Positions 57,101-64,000 of a DNA stretch of 64,000 bases are shown here, one piece after another. The stretch is from Eledone cirrhosa (lineage: Eukaryota), in assembly GCA_964016885.1 (NCBI GenBank), contig OZ024750.1:31124001-31188000 (forward strand), read 5' to 3'. A model generated the notes under the pieces. That model was not told where the DNA came from. It saw only the letters and a program-made list of their open reading frames with translations, and ran no database searches. Position numbers and translations under genes: made by a program. Within the stretch, counting starts at the first letter, position 1, and the number at the start of each line of letters is the position of its first letter.

Positions 57101-60100
57101 CTCTCTCAGAAGAGATAGACCTAGTGTACACTAACATAACATGTACAGACCTCTCTCAGAAGAGATAGACCTAGTGTACACTAACATAACATGTAGAAAC
57201 CTCTCTCAGAAGAGATAGACCTAGTGTACACTAACATAACATGTAGAAACCTCTCCCAGAAGGGATAGACCTAGTGTACACTAACATAACATGTAGAAAC
57301 CTCTCTCAGAAGAGATAAACCTAGTGTACACTAACATAACATGTACAGACCTCTCTCAGAAGAGATAGACCTAGTGTACAGTAACATAACATGTACAGAC
57401 CTCTCTCAGAAGAGATAGACCTAGTGTACACTAACATAACATGTACAGACCTCTCTCAGAAGAGATAGACCTAGTGTACACTAACATAACATGTAGAAAC
57501 CTCTCTCAGAAGAGATAGACCTAGTGTACACTAACATAAGATGTACAGACCTCTCTCAGAAGACATAGACCTAGTGTACACTAACATAACATGTAGAAAC
57601 CCCTCTCTCAGAAGAGATAGACCTAGTGTACACTAACATAACATGTAGAAACCTCTCTCAGAAGAGATAGACCTAGTGTACACTAACATAACATGTACAG
57701 ACCTCTCCCAGAAGAGATAGACCTAGTGTACACTAAAATAAGATGTACAGACCTCTCTCAGAAGAGATAGACCTAGTGTACACTAACATAACATGTAGAA
57801 ACCTCTCCCAGAAGAGATAGACCTAGTGTACAATAACATAAGATGTACAGACCTCTCTCAGAAGAGATAGACCTCGTGTACACTAACATAACATGTAGAA
57901 ACCTCTCCCAGAAGAGATAGACCTAGTGTACACTAACATAACATGTACAGACCTCTCCCAGAAGAGATAGACCTAGTGTACACTAAAATAAGATGTACAG
58001 ACCTCTCTCAGAAGAGATAGACCTAGTGTACACTAACATAACATGTAGAAACCTCTCCCAGAAGAGATAGACCTAGTGTACAATAACATAAGATGTACAG
58101 ACCTCTCTCAGAAGAGATAGACCTCGTGTACATAAACATAACATGTAGAAACCTCTCCCAGAAGAGATAGACCTAGTGTACACTAACATAACATGTACAG
58201 ACCTCTCCCAGAAGAGATAGACCTAGTGTACACTAAAATAAGATGTACAGACCTCTCTCAGAAGAGATAGACCTAGTGTACACTAACATAACATGTAGAA
58301 ACCTCTCTCAGAAGAGATAGACCTAGTGTACACTAACATATCATGTAGAAACCTCTCTCAGAAGAGATAGACCTAGTGTACACTAACATAACATGTAGAA
58401 ACCTCTCTCAGAAGAGATAGACCTAGTGTACACTAACATAACATGTAGAAACCTCTCTCAGAAGAGATAAACCTAGTGTACACTAACATAACATGTACAG
58501 ACCTCTCTCAGAAGAGATAGACCTAGTGTACACTAACATAACATGTAGAAACCTCTCTCAGAAGAGATAAACATAGTGTACACTAACATAACATGTACTG
58601 ACCTCTCTCAAAAGCGATAGACCTAGTGTACACTAACATAACATGTACAGACCTCTCTCAGAAGAGATAGACGTAGTGTACACTAACATAACATGTACAG
58701 ACCTCTCTCAGAAGAGATAGACCTAGTCTACACTAACATAAGATGTACAGACCTCTCTCAGAAGAGATAGACCTAGTGTACACTAACATAACATGTAGAA
58801 ACCTCTCTCAGAAGAGATAGACCTAGTGTACACTAACACAACATGTAGAAACCTCTCTCAGAAGAGATAAACCTAATGTACACTAACATAACATGTACAG
58901 ACCTCTCTCAGAAGAGATAGACCTAGTGTACACTAACATAACATGTAGAAACGTCTCCCAGAAGAGATAAACCTAGTGTACACTAACATAACATGTACAG
59001 ACCTCTCTCAGAAGAGATAAACCCAGTGTACACTAACATAACATGTAGAAACCTCTCCCAGAATAGATAAAGCTAGTGTACACTAACATAACATGTAGAA
59101 TCCTCTCCCAGAAGAGATAAACCTAGTGTACACTAACATAACATGTACAGACCTCTCTCAGAAGAGATAAACCTAGTGTACACTAAAATAAGATGTACAG
59201 ACCTCTCTCAGAAGAAATAGACCTAGTGTACACTAACATAACATGTACAGACCTCTCTCAGAAGAGATAGACCTAGTGTACACTAACATAACATGTAGAA
59301 ACCTCTCTCAGAAGAGATAGACCTAGTGTACACTAACATAACATGTACAGACCTCTCTCAGAAGAGATAAACCTAGTGTACACTAACATAACATGTACAG
59401 ACCTCTCCCAGAAGAGATAGACCTAGTGTACACTAACATAACATGTAGAAACCTCTCTCAGAAGAGATAGACCTAGTGTACACTAACATAACATGTAGAA
59501 ACCTCTCTCAGAAGAGATAAACCTAGTGTACAGTAACATAACATGTACAGACCTCTCTCAGAAGAGATAGACCTAGTGTACACTAACATAACATGTAGAA
59601 ACCTCTCTCAGAAGAGATAGACCTAGTGTACACTAAAATAACATGTACAGACCTCTCTCAGAAGAGATAGACCTAGTGTACACTAACATAACATGTAGAA
59701 ACCTCTCCCAGAAGAGATAGACCTTGTGTACACTAACATTTACATGTACAGACCTCTCTCAGAAGAGATAGACCTAGTGTACACTAACATAACATGTACC
59801 GACCTCTCTCAGAAGAGATAGACCTAGTGTACAGTAACATAACATGTACAGACCTCTCCCAGAAGAGATAGACCTAGTGTACACTAACATTTACATGTAC
59901 AGACCTCTCTCAGAAGAGATAGACCTAGTGTACACTAACATAACATGTACAGACCTCTCTCAGAAGAGATAGACCTAGTGTACAGTAACATAACATCTAC
60001 AGACCTCTCTCAGAAGAGATAGACCTAGTGTACACTAACATAACATGTAGAAACCTCTCTCAGAAGAGATAGACCTAGTGTACACTAAAATAACATGTAC

Positions 60101-63050
60101 AGACCTCTCTCAGAAGAGATAGACCTAGTGTACACTAACATAACATGTAGAAACCTCTCCCAGAAGAGATAGACCTTGTGTACACTAACATTTACATGTA
60201 CAGACCTCTCTCAGAAGAGATAGACCTAGTGTACACTAACATAACATGTACCGACCTCTCTCAGAAGAGATAGACCTAGTGTACAGTAACATAACATGTA
60301 CAGACCTCTCCCAGAAGAGATAGACCTAGTGTACACTAACATAACATGTAGAAACCTCTCTCAGAAGAGATAGACCTAGTGTACACTAACATAACATGTA
60401 GAAACCTCTCCCAGAAGGGATAGACCTAGTGTACACTAACATAACATGTAGAAACCTCTCTCAGAAGAGATAGACCTAGTGTACACTAACATAACATGTA
60501 CAGACCTCTCCCAGAAGAGATAGACCTAGTGTACACTAAAATAAGATGTAGAAACCTCTCCCAGAAGAGATAGACCTAGTGTACACTAACATAACATGTA
60601 CAGACCTCTCCCAGAAGAGATAGACCTAGTGTACACTAAAATAAGATGTACAGACCTCTCTCAGAAGAGATAGACCTAGTGTACACTAACATAACATGTA
60701 GAAACCTCTCCCAGAAGAGATAGACCTAGTGTACAATAACATAAGATGTACAGACCTGTCTCAGAAGAGATAGACCTAGTGTACACTAACATAACATGTA
60801 CAGACCTCTCTCAGAAGAGATAGACCTAGTGTACACTAACATAACATGTAGAAACCTCTCTCAGAAGAGATAGACCTAGTGTACACTAACATAACATGTA
60901 GAAACCTCTCTCAGAAGAGATAGACCTAGTGTACACTAACATAACATGTAGAAACCTCTCTCAGAAGAGATAGACCTAGTGTACACTAACATAACATGTA
61001 GAAACCTCTCTCAGAAGAGATAGACCTAGTGTACAGTAACATAACATGTACAGACCTCTCCCAGAAGAGATAGACCTAGTGTACACTAACATAACATGTA
61101 GAAACCTCTCTCAGAAGAGATAGACCTAGTGTACACTAACATAACATGTACAGACCTCTCTCAGAAGAGATAAACCTAGTGTACACTAACATAACATGTA
61201 CAGACCTCTCCCAGAAGAGATAGACCTAGTGTACACTAACATAAGATGTACAGACCTCTCTCAGAAGAGATAGACCTAGTGTACACTAAGATAACATGTA
61301 GAACCTCTCTCAGAAGAGATAGACCTAGTGTACACTAACATAACATGTACAGACCTCTCTCAGAAGAGATAGACCTAGTGTACACTAACATAACATGTAG
61401 AAACCTCTCTCAGAAGAGATAGACCTAGTGTACACTAAAATAACATGTACAGACCTCTCTCAGAAGAGATAGACCTAGTGTACACTAACATAACATGTAG
61501 AAACCTCTCCCAGAAGAGATAGACTTAGTGTACACTAACATAACATGTAGAAACCTCTCCCAGAAGAGATAGACCTAGTGTACACTAACATAACATGTAC
61601 AGACCTCTCTCAGAAGAGATAGACCTAGTGTACACTAACATAACATGTACAGACCTCTCTCAGAAGAGATAGACCTAGTGTACACTAACATAACATGTAG
61701 AAACCTCTCTCAGAAGAGATAGACCTAGTGTACACTAACATAACATGTAGAAACCTCTCTCAGAAGAGATAGACCTAGTGTACACTAATATAACATGTAG
61801 AAACCTCTCTCAGAAGAGATAGACCTAGTGTACACTAACATAACATGTAGAAACCTCTCTCAGAAGAGATAGACCTAGTGTACACTAACATAACATGTAC
61901 AGACCTCTCTCAGAAGAGATAGACCTAGTGTACACTAACATAACATGTAGAAACCTCTCTCAGAAGAGATAGACCTAGTGTACACTAACATAACATGTAG
62001 AAACCTCTCTCAGAAGAGATAGACCTAGTGTACAGTAACATAACATGTACAGACCTCTCCCAGAAGAGATAGACCTAGTGTACACTAACATAACATGTAG
62101 AAACCTCTCTCAGAAGAGATAGACCTAGTGTACACTAACATAACATGTAGAAACCTCTCCCAGAAGGGATAGACCTAGTGTACACTAACATAACATGTAG
62201 AAACCTCTCTCAGAAGAGATAAACCTAGTGTACACTAACATAACATGTACAGACCTCTCTCAGAAGAGATAGACCTAGTGTACAGTAACATAACATGTAC
62301 AGACCTCTCTCAGAAGAGATAGACCTAGTGTACACTAACATAACATGTACAGACCTCTCTCAGAAGAGATAGACCTAGTGTACACTAACATAACATGTAG
62401 AAACCTCTCTCAGAAGAGATAGACCTAGTGTACACTAACATAAGATGTACAGACCTCTCTCAGAAGACATAGACCTAGTGTACACTAACATAACATGTAG
62501 AAACCCCTCTCTCAGAAGAGATAGACCTAGTGTACACTAACATAACATGTAGAAACCTCTCTCAGAAGAGATAGACCTAGTGTACACTAACATAACATGT
62601 ACAGACCTCTCCCAGAAGAGATAGACCTAGTGTACACTAAAATAAGATGTACAGACCTCTCTCAGAAGAGATAGACCTAGTGTACACTAACATAACATGT
62701 AGAAACCTCTCCCAGAAGAGATAGACCTAGTGTACAATAACATAAGATGTACAGACCTCTCTCAGAAGAGATAGACCTCGTGTACACTAACATAACATGT
62801 AGAAACCTCTCCCAGAAGAGATAGACCTAGTGTACACTAACATAACATGTACAGACCTCTCCCAGAAGAGATAGACCTAGTGTACACTAAAATAAGATGT
62901 ACAGACCTCTCTCAGAAGAGATAGACCTAGTGTACACTAACATAACATGTAGAAACCTCTCTCAGAAGAGATAGACCTAGTGTACACTAACATATCATGT
63001 AGAAACCTCTCTCAGAAGAGATAGACCTAGTGTACACTAACATAACATGT
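54150..63050. repeat. Block duplication, offset 4,754 then 4,904 bp
   Basis: TTGTGTACAC at 54970/59724 and 55422/60176 (offset 4754); AGACATAGAC 57561/62465 and the +2 insertion AAACCCCTCTCTC 57597/62501 (offset 4904); CATATCATG near 58337 and 62991. Confidence 0.85.
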
Positions 63051-64000
63051 AGAAACCTCTCTCAGAAGAGATAAACCTAGTGTACACTAACATAACATGT
63101 AGAAACCTCTCCCAGAAGAGATAGACCTAGTGTATAGTAACATAACATGTAGAAACCTCTCCCAGAAGAGATAGACCTAGTGTACACTAACATAACATGT
63201 AGAAACCTCTCTCAGAAGAGATAGACCTAGTGTACACTAACATAACATGTAGAAACCTCTCTCAGAAGAGAAGGACCTAGTGTACACTAACATAACATGT
63301 AGAAACCTCTCTCAGAAGAGATAAACCTAGTGTACACTAACATAACATGTAGAAACCTCTCCCAGAAGAGATAGACCTAGTGTACACTAACATAACATGT
63401 AGAAACCTCTCTCAGAAGAGATAGACCTAGTGTACACTAACATAACATGTAGAAACCTCTCTCAGAAGAGATAAACCTATTGTACACTAACATAACATGT
63501 ACAGACCTCTCCCAGAAGAGATAGACCTAGTGTACACTAAAATAACATGTAGAAACCTCTCTCAGAAGAGATAGACCTAGTGAACACTAACATAACATGT
63601 AGAAACCTCTCCCAGAAGAGATAGACCTAGTGTACACTAACATAACATGTAGAAACCTCTCTCAGAAGAGATAGACCTAGTGTACACTAACATAACATGT
63701 ACAGACCTCTCTCAGAAGAGATAGACCTAGTGTACACTAACATAACATGTAGAAACCTCTCTCAGAAGAGATAGACCTAGTGTACACTAAAATAACATGT
63801 ACAGACCTCTCTCAGAAGAGATAGACCTAGTGAACACTAACATAACATGTAGAAACCTCTCCCAGAAGAGATAGACCTAGTGTACACTAACATAACATGT
63901 AGAAACCTCTCCCAGAAGAGATAGACCTAGTGTACACTAACATAACATGTACAGACCTCTCTCAGAAGAGATAGACCTAGTGTACACTAACATAACATGT

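Larger units (their letters stand above)
1..64000. repeat. Tandem satellite array, 50-bp monomer, about 1,280 head-to-tail copies, truncated by both window edges
   Basis: The monomer CTCTCTCAGAAGAGATAGACCTAGTGTACACTAACATAACATGTAGAAAC recurs every 50 nt from position 1. The last (partial) monomer starts at 63957 = 1 + 1279x50 + 6. Most copies differ from consensus at only 0-4 sites. No interruption or inversion was seen. Confidence 0.99.

Noticed and set aside
1-64000. CRISPR array (regular period, palindromic core, GAAAC at the end of the unit)
   Set aside because: There are no unique spacers. The whole 50 bp is repeated with only SNP-level variation, and no leader or cas genes are present.
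1-64000. Repeat-encoded protein (ATG in every monomer)
   Set aside because: The + strand has TAG/TAA several times per monomer and the - strand has TAG twice plus often TGA. Since 50 is not a multiple of 3, these stops hit every frame within 150 bp.
1-64000. Trypanosoma brucei 50-bp expression-site repeats
   Set aside because: Only the unit length matches. I do not recognise the sequence as that family, and an alignment would be needed.
1-64000. Rolling-circle, concatemer or synthetic artefact
   Set aside because: Rare SNPs and indels recur in ordered, hierarchically nested blocks with private differences, as expected from evolutionary duplication. Local misassembly of individual blocks is not excluded.
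1-64000. Telomeric repeat, plasmid iterons, tRNA/rRNA or transposon termini
   Set aside because: There is no G-rich telomere-type motif, rep or transposase gene, RNA-gene fold, terminal inverted repeat or orientation switch.
1-64000. Fixed-period higher-order repeat like alpha-satellite HORs
   Set aside because: Block offsets vary widely (250, 600, 1050, 1300, 1450, 2448, 3299, 4754, 5752, 13199 bp) and none is repeated regularly many times.

Overview
The whole 64-kb window is one uninterrupted head-to-tail satellite array of a 50-bp monomer, about 1,280 copies, all in the same orientation and running past both window edges. Consensus (phase of position 1): CTCTC(T/C)CAGAAG(A/G)GATA(G/A)ACCTAGTGTACACTAACATAACATGTA(GAA/CAG)AC, about 38% GC, A-rich on the + strand, with no CpG. 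I see no unique sequence, CDS, RNA gene, transposon or CRISPR spacer. Stop codons on both strands cycle through all frames every 150 bp. The structure worth reporting is internal: a 12-bp perfect palindrome per monomer, a few common polymorphisms at internally symmetric or homologous sites, and rare variants that trace nested irregular block duplications of 0.25-13 kb, two variant domains meeting near 27 kb, long-range sister blocks and probable short conversion tracts. This is most simply eukaryotic satellite DNA. I cannot name the organism or family, and I cannot support a novel gene-encoded system from this sequence. All offsets and counts were read by eye, and block boundaries are approximate.
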